Assembly (NCBI GenBank): GCA_964619725.1
Contig: CAZUFC010000008.1
Location: forward strand, 1-64,000
Source: an uncultured bacterium
Lineage (GTDB): Bacteria > CSSED10-310 > CAZUFC01
Direction: 5' to 3'
Length of the DNA stretch: 64,000 bases
Of the stretch, positions 41,023 to 50,183 are shown one piece after another (the first letter of the stretch is position 1; the number at the start of each line of letters is the position of its first letter). A model generated the notes under the pieces. The model was not told where the DNA came from, ran no database searches, and saw only the letters and a program-made list of their open reading frames with translations. A program made the position numbers and the translations under genes.

Positions 41023-41835
41023 GTGTCATTTCTCCAACGGAAAGGATTCCCCATTATGCCCTATTATGACTCGCACGCTCATCTGGACGCCCCGAAGTTT
41101 GCCGGTGACGTTGATGAAACCGTAAAAAGAGCCGTAAACAAAGGCGTCGCCAGAATTATAACCATAGGCACAGGCCTGGAAAGCTCCCGGAAAGTCATCG
41201 AATTAGCCGAAAAACAGGAAGAAATTTATGTCTCTGTAGGGCTGGACCCCCATTCGGCCAGTAAATTCTCTGGCGAGATGCCGGAAGAATTCAGAAAACT
41301 GACCCGCCATGAAAAAGTAACCGCGGTAGGCGAAACAGGATTGGATTATCATTACATGCATTCGCCCAGGGAAATACAAAAAGAAGTATTTAAAAAACAA
41401 ATCCAACTGGCGATGAATGAGGGGCTGCCGCTGATCATCCATAACAGGGAATCCGACCAGGACCTTCTGAAAATACTAAGGGAAGAAAAACCCCAGGATA
41501 CCGTTCCCGTCGTACTGCACAGTTATTCCGCCTCCATGGAAACCGCAAAAAAAGCCCTGGATATGGGATGTTTCTTTTCCTTTTCGGGGATGATTACATT
41601 TAAAAAATTCGACTGGCTGCGCGATATCGCCCGGACCATTCCAATGAATAGAATCCTGGCCGAAACGGATTCGCCGTATCTCGCCCCCGTTCCATACAGA
41701 GGAAAAAGAAACGAACCGGCTTTCGTGATCGAAACATTTAAAATGCTGCAGAAAATAAAAAAATTGCCGGAAAATGAGTTTCTGGATGTGATGTACAATA
41801 ATTTTTTGCGTGTTTTTCGCCGGGTTAAGGGGTAG
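41023..41835 (+). CDS. tatD: TatD-family DNase
   Basis: DSHAH, GETGLDY, IHNR, LHSY and ETDSPYLAPVPYRGKRNEP; the likely start is 41056. Confidence 0.93.
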   Translation: MSFLQRKGFPIMPYYDSHAHLDAPKFAGDVDETVKRAVNKGVARIITIGTGLESSRKVIELAEKQEEIYVSVGLDPHSASKFSGEMPEEFRKLTRHEKVTAVGETGLDYHYMHSPREIQKEVFKKQIQLAMNEGLPLIIHNRESDQDLLKILREEKPQDTVPVVLHSYSASMETAKKALDMGCFFSFSGMITFKKFDWLRDIARTIPMNRILAETDSPYLAPVPYRGKRNEPAFVIETFKMLQKIKKLPENEFLDVMYNNFLRVFRRVKG

Positions 41836-41981
41836 AGCTTTCTCACCGTGCGGCAGGCTTTTGGTTAGCCGTTAAGTTCTGGATTATTCGCCGCATATCG
41901 CAATCGTGAGCGGGATATGAAAATTGGGATGGATCAAAGACATATTCTAATTTATCGCGAGGAAAAAATCGAGGTATTGCC

Positions 41982-42176
41982 TGTCCATAAACTCGATTGT
42001 CGATTCAAAATTTAATGCTGGACAGTCACTGCGGTTTTTGATCCATAAACGAGCGAATTTTTCTTAAGTCAAGGATGGTAATGATTTGCGAGGCAGGGGC
42101 GGCGCTTATATTTTGACTGACCAAGTCCGAAGACTGACGAAGAATTGGGAAAAATTCGCCGTTTATGGACAAAAAC
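41982..42176. mobile_element. MITE-like element with terminal inverted repeats
   Basis: tgtccataaac (41982-41992) is the perfect reverse complement of gtttatggaca (42161-42171). A longer imperfect inverted pair lies at 42035-42062 and 42151-42175. Confidence 0.55.
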
Positions 42177-42288
42177 AGGCTAGGATTTACCCACAACTTT
42201 TTTGTTTTAAATCCTTGAATTTCCATTTCGTCCTTTTAAAAAAGGGCTGAAATTCTTTGGCGTCATGCTGAATGAAGAAGTGAACGAT

Positions 42289-42772
42289 ATCATGGACGAT
42301 TATGGTGGGGTTGCATTGGGTATGGGTTTTATTACAAAAGGGACCAAGGGACCAAGGGACGTAAGGGACCCAAGGGACCTAAAGGACGTAAGGGACTAAT
42401 GGAATATTGAATCATTTTTAGAAGTAAAGACCTGCATCTGAAAATTAACCGTCTTAAAAAAGAAACGGAATTTCGGGACTGATCAAACCGGACTTGCACT
42501 TCTTGCAAAACTTTTGACGGTTTGTTCCAGTAATCGGGGTCGGTATCGCAATCGCTGATGGTATATTCTGTCGAATTAACCTACAAAGATGCATTTTTGA
42601 TCAATGCCCGCATTTCGTTTAATCCTTTTGAAGGGCGCTTAATCGTCCGGGTTATTGTTTTACTGCGCTCCTTCAGAGCTCGGAGTTTTTATGATCCGGA
42701 CCCAGGGTTGCGCTCCGCTCCGCTTCGCTTAACCCTGGGCTTTCGTACTTCGCTCCTTCGGAGCTTCAGAAA
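42289..42772 (-). repeat. About 480-bp repeat, copy A (composite repeat plus REP-like triple hairpin)
   Basis: Near-identical direct copy at 49398-49880. Confidence 0.92.
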
Positions 42773-42818
42773 TATCGGCTAACATAATATTATCGGAGGA
42801 GGAAAAGTTGATTCGCTA

Positions 42819-43175
42819 TTATTGCTTTCCGGCAAAGCGGACCTGATTTTCGGTAACTACAGCGAATGTTCCCCTCAATCTATCCGAATATTTTTTCAGA
42901 AGAATGGAAAGAGCTCTGATTTTCGAGGGCGGTCTTTCATCTTCCAGGCGGAGCAGGATAACGCCTTTGTGAGGACGGCCATCTCTATAAACCTTATCCC
43001 CGAAGTCTTTATCATTAGTGATCAGAATCCAGTTTTCTTCATACGCCTTTCGGATAATAGCTTCATCGTTTATTCCGCGGGCTTCATCGAATACGGAAAA
43101 GACCTCATAAGATTGTTCTTTAAGCCATTCAGCTACAGCAGGACCCGTGCATTCATCGACAATGAATCTCATCAC
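42819..43175 (-). CDS. DUF5615 PIN-like toxin
   Basis: MRFIVDEC, D..II..A..E..ILITNDKDFG and GVILLRL. Confidence 0.88.
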   Translation of the reverse strand: MMRFIVDECTGPAVAEWLKEQSYEVFSVFDEARGINDEAIIRKAYEENWILITNDKDFGDKVYRDGRPHKGVILLRLEDERPPSKIRALSILLKKYSDRLRGTFAVVTENQVRFAGKQ

Positions 43176-43420
43176 GCTGATTCAACAGCCAAAGGCATAA
43201 AATCGGCATTCCTGATGGAATTTGCGGCAAAGAGCAAACAAGCCTGGATGTCTTCCGATTTTAATGAGTTATATTCTTCCAGTATTTCACTCTCTGTCGC
43301 CCCGTGGGCCATTAAGTTGAGAATGAAATCGACTGTCAAACGCGTCCCGCGTATTACAGGCTTTCCGGCCATAAGTTTCGGATTCAGCGTGATGCGTTGA
43401 AGCAATTGATCATCTTTCAT
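43172..43420 (-). CDS. DUF433 antitoxin
   Basis: RITLNPKLMAGKPVIRGTRLTV...EILEEY..L..EDIQACL; overlaps the toxin gene. Confidence 0.92.
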   Translation of the reverse strand: MKDDQLLQRITLNPKLMAGKPVIRGTRLTVDFILNLMAHGATESEILEEYNSLKSEDIQACLLFAANSIRNADFMPLAVESA

Positions 43421-43541
43421 ATGATCTTCCTCCGATCGTCAAATTATCAGATGAGTTTGACGCAGTCAATTATCAGTCCATTTTTGAAGCAGATTTTTTT
43501 TTGCCTGGAGGCTTAAATGCAAAAAGCAGTCTGTTTGATAA

Positions 43542-43826
43542 TACGGTCCCTGTTTCTGTCAGGTAATCGATGCCTGGGGGTGCAGCGCAACATGCGGTGA
43601 AGGCATAAACGTGACGGTGCATGATGTTCCGTCAGTCACCGTTTTCGTCGGAGATGAACCCACTCCCACGAATTCGCCCGAATCGACCTACACGCCCACA
43701 ACGCCGCTTACCGCAACTTCGTCCCAAACGCCGCTTCCTCCGGTGATTCCGGCAGCGGGTCGTATCGGTATTATCCTGCTGATCTTTGGTTTCGGCGTCA
43801 TTTTGTTTAGAAGAACTAAATCCTGA
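43542..43826 (+). pseudogene. 3' remnant of a surface protein with a Pro/Thr linker and IPTL-CTERM-like sorting tail
   Basis: VIDAWGCSATC, then a PT-rich tract, then VIPAAGRIGIILLIFGFGVILFRRTKS (IP motif, TM, basic tail); no N-terminus. Confidence 0.55.
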
Positions 43827-43881
43827 TGAGGGTTCATAAAAACAGCCTTAATTGGAACCATAACCGCCTTCCAATAGGAAA

Positions 43882-43904
43882 GTAGAAGCGGCATCCTGCC
43901 GCTT
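43882..43904 (+). repeat. GTAG-type REP palindrome
   Basis: GTAG followed by the perfect hairpin aagcggca-tcc-tgccgctt. Confidence 0.65.
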
Positions 43905-43919
43905 TCCGATGCGCTTTCA

Positions 43920-44224
43920 ATGACCGATGACGAGGATATGACTCAGCAACATGAATGTAAATCTTTATGTTGTTATGTCAATAAAACTCCTGTTCCTCTG
44001 GATGAAGCCCCGACTTTGCTCGAGGCTATTATGATTCTAGGAAGGCTTGGAGGTCACATCGGCAGAAAGAGTGACGGATTCCCGAGAACGCAAACGCTTT
44101 GTAGGGGAATTCAACGCCTGGAAACCATGACTGAAATGTTCGTCATACTTAAGAAACGCATTGATCCGCATCCGATGCAATCAGGTCCCTAATCTCCATG
44201 GTGTCATGTGTGTATAAAGGTCAG
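43920..44224 (+). mobile_element. IS4-family (IS50/Tn5-like) transposase C-terminal remnant with terminal repeat
   Basis: PTLLEAI..LGRLGGHIGRKSDG.P...TL.RG..RL dimerisation region; 44206-44224 reads CTGACCTTTATACACACAT on the minus strand, like an IS50 end. Confidence 0.85.
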
Positions 44225-44303
44225 GGCATGAGGATGTAACCTGTCAGTAGTGTGTTGCAAGATTTATTTTTCGGATACGATTTTCGTTGAAAAGATTTCG
44301 ATA

Positions 44304-44443
44304 GCGCTTTATCGTCCGGCTTATTGTTTTACTGCGCTCCTTCAGAGCTCGGAGTTTTTATGATCCGGACCCAGGGTTGCGCTCCGCTCCGCTTCGCTTA
44401 ACCCTGGGCTTTCGTAAATCGCTCCTTCGGAGCTTCAGAAATA
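44304..44443. repeat. REP-like triple-hairpin element (third copy)
   Basis: cccagggtt...aaccctggg stem flanked by gctccttc(a/g)gagc hairpins; matches 42636-42772 and 49745-49880. Confidence 0.85.
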
Positions 44444-44781
44444 GAGGTTTAACCGGCCAACAAAATTCCACAGAACTCGGACAATATGAAAAAGCCGCAT
44501 AAAAAAGTAAAGCCGGCTGCAAGGGTTTACGGTAAAAACATAATGAACCTCGGCAGGGCTTTGAAAGTCATGGTTTGCATTAGAGTTCAGTTTTGCTTAA
44601 GCAGGCTTCCAGCCTGCCTTCGCATAGTATAGTAACGCATGGGGTCAGAGCCTGCCGGGATGTCTTGGAGACAGAAGATTCATCATCTTCGAAAAGATAC
44701 TGTATTACACGAACGATAGTCCCCAAAGGCTTCATTAACAATGAAGCCGAAATAACTAATATGAAAAAGAGGCTTTACGGA

Positions 44782-44902
44782 ATGATCAAAATAGCTCTTT
44801 TGAGGTTACAGTTCGATAGAATATCCCATCATTTTGTTTCGATTGCGATTGCGACCCCGACCCCGATACCGATTGCGATTGCGACCCCGACCCCGATTAC
44901 TG
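44782..44902 (+). repeat. Partial composite repeat (5' block plus cgattg/cgaccc hexamers)
   Basis: Matches the 5' half of the 40456 copy. Confidence 0.8.
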
Positions 44903-45003
44903 ATGAGGGATATTTTTGCAATAAGACATTTTTTCCTGCAAAAAAAAATAAACGATGCTAAAATACGACAACGAAAAACCAGCAGTCGTCAGGAGATGAA
45001 AAG

Positions 45004-48000
45004 ATGGATTGCAAACAAACATTTCCGGGCAATAATCCGATGGAACCAATAAAAGCATACCGAATCCGCATCCCCGCCGAACGAGGCAAACTGGTTGAAT
45101 GTTCATTATACGGCGGTCCGGCTGAACACTGGCGATATATGAAAAGCGCCGGGGCATTCGATTCCGGGTCGTATGAATCCGCTTTGTCTGAAGCTTTAGA
45201 CGGCGTGAAGGATGGTGAGAACAGACTGCTTTTGAGTATCGGTCATCCGGACGCAGAGACCCGGGTCCTTTACAGCCGGGAATTGATAGCCGATTTGTGG
45301 AGGGCTGACCGGGGATTGGGTCCTTATCCTTTGCTTGAGTTGTTGGGCGATTATGAACGTGACGGCGTTTATTATTATAAATACCGGGAGCATCTGGCTC
45401 ATCAGGTCCGCGTCTGGCTGCTGGGATTGTATCTTCTGCACCGGGTGGACGTTATTCGCTGGGCTCTTCTGAAAGAGATAAAAGAGGATTTGAACAGGGG
45501 TGAAGCCCTGACCAAACTACAGTTAAATTCGGAAATGCTGCGGCGATGGAAGATTGCAGCTTTATGGCATGATATCGGGTATGTATTTGAAGTGCAGAAT
45601 TCCGGAGAAGCTGCAGAATTGATTAAAAAGAGTCTCAATGCGCTTAATAATACTTATTCTGCACCCATATCAGAGCTGACGGCCGGAAATTCATGCGGAA
45701 TTTCGCTGGAACTGGAAAGGGAGATTCAAAACCAGGCTGAATATGGATTCCCATCCTGGAAATATTTGAGCAACTTCGATGCGCTGGTTTCGGGTCGTCA
45801 TCGTAAACTTTGGTCCAAATTTAAACGGGAAGGTTCCGGGGCATGCCTGGTCGGAGATGCCGATCCGTCAGGCGGATTAAAGGTTTATTTTGAGATGTGT
45901 CGAAATAAGTCCTTCAGTAAAACGGCCGGAATGCGACCCGGGTTCATCGATCACGGAATAGCCGGCGCTTTGACGCTTCTGCGTATCCATGAATTCATGC
46001 AGCATTATGTTAAGGCTCTTCATGAATTCCTGATGGAGGAACCGGAGCTGAGCGACGAAAATCAAAAGAAGGAAGCAGAAGGGATACTGCAGGCGACAAA
46101 CAGCGCCGTCAAAACAGTGAGGGCTGCCGCTGGAGCGATAGCGCTGCACAATATCCATCCGGGTTTGCCTGAACCGAATACTGCTGCGACCGTGGGGCTG
46201 ACCCTGAATAAATATAAAATCCGCCTGACGGAAAAAAACGATCGTCCCGGCACGGCTCTGGCTTACCTGCTGGGCCTCTCGGACGGACTGCAGGAATGGG
46301 ACCGGCCGCATTTCAGACTGGTGCGGGATAAACGTGACCTGACGCTGATCGACCAGCATATTGAAGTCACCGCGGATGACCGTGCGGTTTACCTTCAGTA
46401 CTTCACGGGTGACGATTCGTTCGACGATTATAAAAAAGCGCGGGAAAACCTGGGACAATACCTGGACCGCATCAGAGGCGATAACGCCCTGCTTCGAGAG
46501 GGAAGAATTGAACGTCTGGCGAACGACCTGCCGGAAGAGGCGCAGCCTGCCGCGGTTGCGCGTCTGGACGATTACGACCTCGAACCATACCTGAAAATCA
46601 TCCTGCGCGAATGCGGAACCATAACCCTCCGGGGAATCATGGCCGCGGGAAAATCGCGTGAGGCGCTGGAAATACCTATCCAGGATATTTATGCTCCTTT
46701 GCGGATAGAAGGCGGCGGCACGGATGAACAGATGTGGCGGCTCATAGCGGGTGTGAAAGATGACGTGAGAGAACACAAGGGCCGGACTGAATTGATGCGG
46801 ACGGCGGAACCAATTGAAGATGAAGGCGGAGACGATGATGATAATGATACGAAACGCCAGGGATTGTTGCTCATCGGCGATCCGGATTCCGGCAAGAGCA
46901 CCTTTTTACGCCTGACGGCCGCAGTGATCGCCCGTGCCTTAATGAAAAAAACAGGCGCAGAGGAACACCCCGCAGTAAAAATCTTAAGCGGCGATAACGA
47001 CAAGCTCCCGCTGCCGCTTTACCTTCGCCTTTCCGAATTCGTTACCTTCATGCGGGATAATCAGGGAATCGCCGTTCCCGGAAGCCCCGGATGGTTGGAG
47101 GAATATTTACGTCAATGGCATGAGCAATTCGGTTCGGGAATAGCCTGGGAAGCTTTCAGGAAAAAAATGGAAGAGGGCGGCGTTCTCCTTCTGCTGGACG
47201 GACTGGATGAGATACCCGGCTCTGTAGAAAGACAAAAGGCGGCAGCAGCGCTGAAATCGGCCCTGTCGGAAAATAAATATGGAAAATGCCGCGTATGCAT
47301 CGCCAGCCGTCCGATGAATGAATATGATCTCGATCTGCCGCTCGCATCAAGGAAACTTGACGGGTTGAGCGACCGCGCCATAGAGGAATTTTTGAAATGC
47401 TGGGGTTCCAAAGTTACGCTGGATGAAGCCGGACGTTTCACGACCCCCGAAGAATACACGGAGGACCTCATGGGAGCGGCTAAAAAAGCCGACGTCGCCA
47501 TCCGGCGAATGCTGCGGAATCCGCTGATGCTGACCTGCCTGGCCGTCATACACTGGAATGAACGGCGTCTGCCGCAGCAACGGGCTGAGCTGTTCGATGC
47601 CGTCATCGCCTGGTTGTTGCGTGCCCGCAGACCCATAGAGGCCGGAATGCCGCAGTTGAGCGAACATGAAGCGCGACGAGCGTATCAACTGCTGGCGATA
47701 GCCATGCAGATGCATCCCGGCGGCAGAATACGTGAAATAGACCTGGTTGAAGCTGCTGAGAAAATCGCTGAATGTTTCAAAGGTGATAACGATGAGATTA
47801 AGCGTTTCAAAGCATGCCGTTTTCTTGAAGCAGAGGTCATCAATACAGGCATAGTCACCATGAGAGGCGATAAGCGGATATCGTTCTGGCACCTGTCGTT
47901 CCAGGAATTTCTGGCTGCGGATTATCTGTGCGAAGCTCCTGATAAAATGTGGAAAGAAATATTAAACCAAAAACGTCTATTCGAAAGGGAACAGCGCGAA

Positions 48001-49068
48001 GTCGTTCTACTCCTGGGCGGTCTGATGAAAGGGGGACCCAGAACAAACGAATTGCTGAGACATATCCTCCAGACCCCAAAAAGTGGAAAACTCGCTGATA
48101 AAGCCCGGGAATACGGATTGGCCGGAGCGGTGATCGAGGACGTCAAACCCTACGGTTTCAAACCCGATGCGAAACTCGACATTGAAGGATTGAAACAGGA
48201 TGTTATGCAAATTTTTACCGTCGAAGCCGCCGGCATCCCATTAAAAACAAGGGTTGAAGCTGCTGAAGCCCTCGGTCAGACCGGCGATCCGAGACTCAAG
48301 GAAGATAACTGGGTTGAGATCGAAGAAGGAGGGTTCTGGATGGCGAAATACCCGGTCACGGTGCAGGAATATGAAGCATTCGTGGAAGACGGCGGTTACG
48401 ATCCGGACGGATTCGGGAAAAAATGGCTGCCGGAATGGAAAAAGGCCTTTGATCAATTTCTGGCGTATGAAAAACTGAGAGAAAGATATTCATGGATAAA
48501 GGATGACGATTTTCAAAGACAAAAGCCCCATGATTGGGAAAAACAACTGCTTTATTACAACCGCCCCGTTGTTGATATTACCTGGTTTGAAGCCATGGCT
48601 TATTGTCGGTGGTTTACGGAAAAACAGAAGGACGGATGGAAATACACTCTTCCTGACGAAAAACAATGGGAAAAAGCGGCGATGGGAAAGAAAGGCCGGG
48701 GCCGTTATCCCTGGGGGGACGATCCTCCGGGTGAGGGCGATCAGGCCAGGGCGAACTATGACGGCGCCGGTATAGGCCATCCGTCGCCTGTCGGTCTGTT
48801 TCCGACCGGAACCTCCAAATGGGGCGAAAAAGGAGAATTATTCGATATGTCGGGAAACGTCTGGGAATGGTGTGTCGACACATTGTCAGAAAGTGGCTAC
48901 AAGTCTGTCGGCGGTTCTTACCGGCCGTTGCGGGGCGGCTCGTATTGGAACGACGCCGACAACGTTGAGGTGCGTAACCGTAACAGGAACGTCGCCGTAA
49001 ATCGTAACGACAACAACGGTTTTCGTCTTTGCTGCGTATCCGTCCCCGCCCAACACGCAAAACGATGA
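45004..49068 (+). CDS. HD-domain + NACHT NTPase + FGE-sulfatase (CLec-fold) protein; probable DGR target
   Basis: HD motifs EHLAHQ, WHDIGY, DHG, ALHN and LSD.LQEWDR; Walker A GDPDSGKST; Walker B LLLLDGLDE; NPLML; FWHLSFQEFLAA; FGE motifs KYPVT, PVV.ITWFEA.AYC.W, LPDEKQWEKAA, DMSGNVWEW and RGGS...GFR. Confidence 0.9.
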   Translation: MDCKQTFPGNNPMEPIKAYRIRIPAERGKLVECSLYGGPAEHWRYMKSAGAFDSGSYESALSEALDGVKDGENRLLLSIGHPDAETRVLYSRELIADLWRADRGLGPYPLLELLGDYERDGVYYYKYREHLAHQVRVWLLGLYLLHRVDVIRWALLKEIKEDLNRGEALTKLQLNSEMLRRWKIAALWHDIGYVFEVQNSGEAAELIKKSLNALNNTYSAPISELTAGNSCGISLELEREIQNQAEYGFPSWKYLSNFDALVSGRHRKLWSKFKREGSGACLVGDADPSGGLKVYFEMCRNKSFSKTAGMRPGFIDHGIAGALTLLRIHEFMQHYVKALHEFLMEEPELSDENQKKEAEGILQATNSAVKTVRAAAGAIALHNIHPGLPEPNTAATVGLTLNKYKIRLTEKNDRPGTALAYLLGLSDGLQEWDRPHFRLVRDKRDLTLIDQHIEVTADDRAVYLQYFTGDDSFDDYKKARENLGQYLDRIRGDNALLREGRIERLANDLPEEAQPAAVARLDDYDLEPYLKIILRECGTITLRGIMAAGKSREALEIPIQDIYAPLRIEGGGTDEQMWRLIAGVKDDVREHKGRTELMRTAEPIEDEGGDDDDNDTKRQGLLLIGDPDSGKSTFLRLTAAVIARALMKKTGAEEHPAVKILSGDNDKLPLPLYLRLSEFVTFMRDNQGIAVPGSPGWLEEYLRQWHEQFGSGIAWEAFRKKMEEGGVLLLLDGLDEIPGSVERQKAAAALKSALSENKYGKCRVCIASRPMNEYDLDLPLASRKLDGLSDRAIEEFLKCWGSKVTLDEAGRFTTPEEYTEDLMGAAKKADVAIRRMLRNPLMLTCLAVIHWNERRLPQQRAELFDAVIAWLLRARRPIEAGMPQLSEHEARRAYQLLAIAMQMHPGGRIREIDLVEAAEKIAECFKGDNDEIKRFKACRFLEAEVINTGIVTMRGDKRISFWHLSFQEFLAADYLCEAPDKMWKEILNQKRLFEREQREVVLLLGGLMKGGPRTNELLRHILQTPKSGKLADKAREYGLAGAVIEDVKPYGFKPDAKLDIEGLKQDVMQIFTVEAAGIPLKTRVEAAEALGQTGDPRLKEDNWVEIEEGGFWMAKYPVTVQEYEAFVEDGGYDPDGFGKKWLPEWKKAFDQFLAYEKLRERYSWIKDDDFQRQKPHDWEKQLLYYNRPVVDITWFEAMAYCRWFTEKQKDGWKYTLPDEKQWEKAAMGKKGRGRYPWGDDPPGEGDQARANYDGAGIGHPSPVGLFPTGTSKWGEKGELFDMSGNVWEWCVDTLSESGYKSVGGSYRPLRGGSYWNDADNVEVRNRNRNVAVNRNDNNGFRLCCVSVPAQHAKR
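48916..49060 (+). repeat. DGR template-repeat-like segment, in frame at the 3' end of the NACHT-CLec gene
   Basis: Nine AAY codons (8 AAC, 1 AAT) among the 23 codons at 48949-49017, at the variable positions of the RGGS..GFR motif; about 140 nt upstream of an RT start. Confidence 0.7.
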
Positions 49069-49136
49069 TTGAAACGTTAATCGATTTTCCGTGCAGGCTG
49101 CGTCCTGGCCGGGTTATTGTCCGGTTAAAGCATTAC

Positions 49137-49181
49137 AGCCTGTCCGTTCCGGTAGGAAATATCCGAACGTCCGGACAGGCT
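49137..49181 (+). other. Stem-loop in the TR-RT spacer
   Basis: 10-bp stem agcctgtccg/cggacaggct enclosing ggtagg...ccgaac. Confidence 0.65.
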
Positions 49182-49199
49182 TTTCCATTATTGTAACAA

Positions 49200-49406
49200 G
49201 TGAAGACGTTCAATAACATTTTTGAAAAAATCGTCGCTTTTGAAAATATATGGAACGCCTGGAGGAAGGCCAGGAGGAGAAAAAGACGCACGCATCCTGC
49301 TGCATTATTCGAATTTAATGCTGAACATAACATTGAAAGAATCCGTCGCCGGTTGAAAAATGGAACTTACAGGCCGGATCGCTACAGGATGATTAAGATC
49401 ATGGAC
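49200..49406 (+). pseudogene. N-terminal fragment (about 67 aa) of a DGR-type reverse transcriptase, truncated by the repeat
   Basis: MKTFNNIFEKIVAFENIWNAWRKARRRKR....LFEFNAEHNI..I...L.NGTYRPDRYR matches the DGR RT N-terminal pattern. The sequence switches into repeat copy B at about 49398, and no YxDD core is present. Confidence 0.8.
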
Positions 49407-49880
49407 GATTATGGTGGGATTGCATTGGGTATGGGTTTTATTACAAAAGGGACCAAGGGACCAAGGGACGTAAGGGACCCAAGGGACCTAAAGGACGTAA
49501 GGGACTAATGGAATATTGAATCATTTTTAGAAGTAAAGACCTGCATCTGAAAATTAACCGTCTTAAAAAAGAAACGGAATTTCGGGACTGATCAAACCGG
49601 ACTTGCACCTTGCAAAACTTTTGACGGTTTGTTCCAGTAATCGGTATCGCAATCGCAATCGAAATGATGGGGTATTCTGTCGAATTAACCTCAAAAGATG
49701 CATTTTTGATCAATGCCCGCATTTCGTTTAACCGTTTTGAAGGGCGCTTCATCGTTCGGTTCTTTGTTTTACGGCGCTCCTTCAGAGCTTTAATTTTTAT
49801 GATCCTGACCCAGGGTTGCGCTCCGCTTCGCTTCGCTTAACCCTGGGCTTTCGTACTTCGATCCTTCGGAGCTTAAGAAA
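49398..49880 (-). repeat. About 480-bp repeat, copy B
   Basis: Near-identical to 42289-42772. Confidence 0.92.
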
Positions 49881-50183
49881 AGTAAGTAAAGAACATTTTC
49901 GGATGAAGAATTTTCACACAACCGATTAATTTTGCCTGATGAATAATATTGCAACCGTAGAACATTTCCGAAAAACCAGGCTTTTATGTTATAGCGATAG
50001 GCGAAGCGGGCCGGCTGTTTCCTGGATGTTGGTTTACCAGCAAAAGCTTGCATGCTGGGGATTTCATGAAGGGGCTAACCCAGTCATTGAATAAGTTTAC
50101 ATTTTTTGCAAAGTTGGGGCGCTTGCGTTATTGTAAAAAGATGAGATGGTCCTTATGATTGATCCTATTTTCCGAATCCAACC

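Noticed and set aside
42338-42397. aagggac tandem repeats as a CRISPR or coding repeat
   Set aside because: 8-10 nt units without unique spacers; part of the dispersed composite repeat.
45877-46776. 299-aa antisense ORF and other long antisense ORFs (4133-4840, 29860-30501, 59631-60239, 60501-61151)
   Set aside because: Shadows of well-supported genes on the opposite strand, with no recognisable motifs.
49200-49508. Intact 102-aa protein, or a functional RT/retron/group II intron
   Set aside because: The last third is read-through into a repeat, and no RT catalytic core is present in the window.
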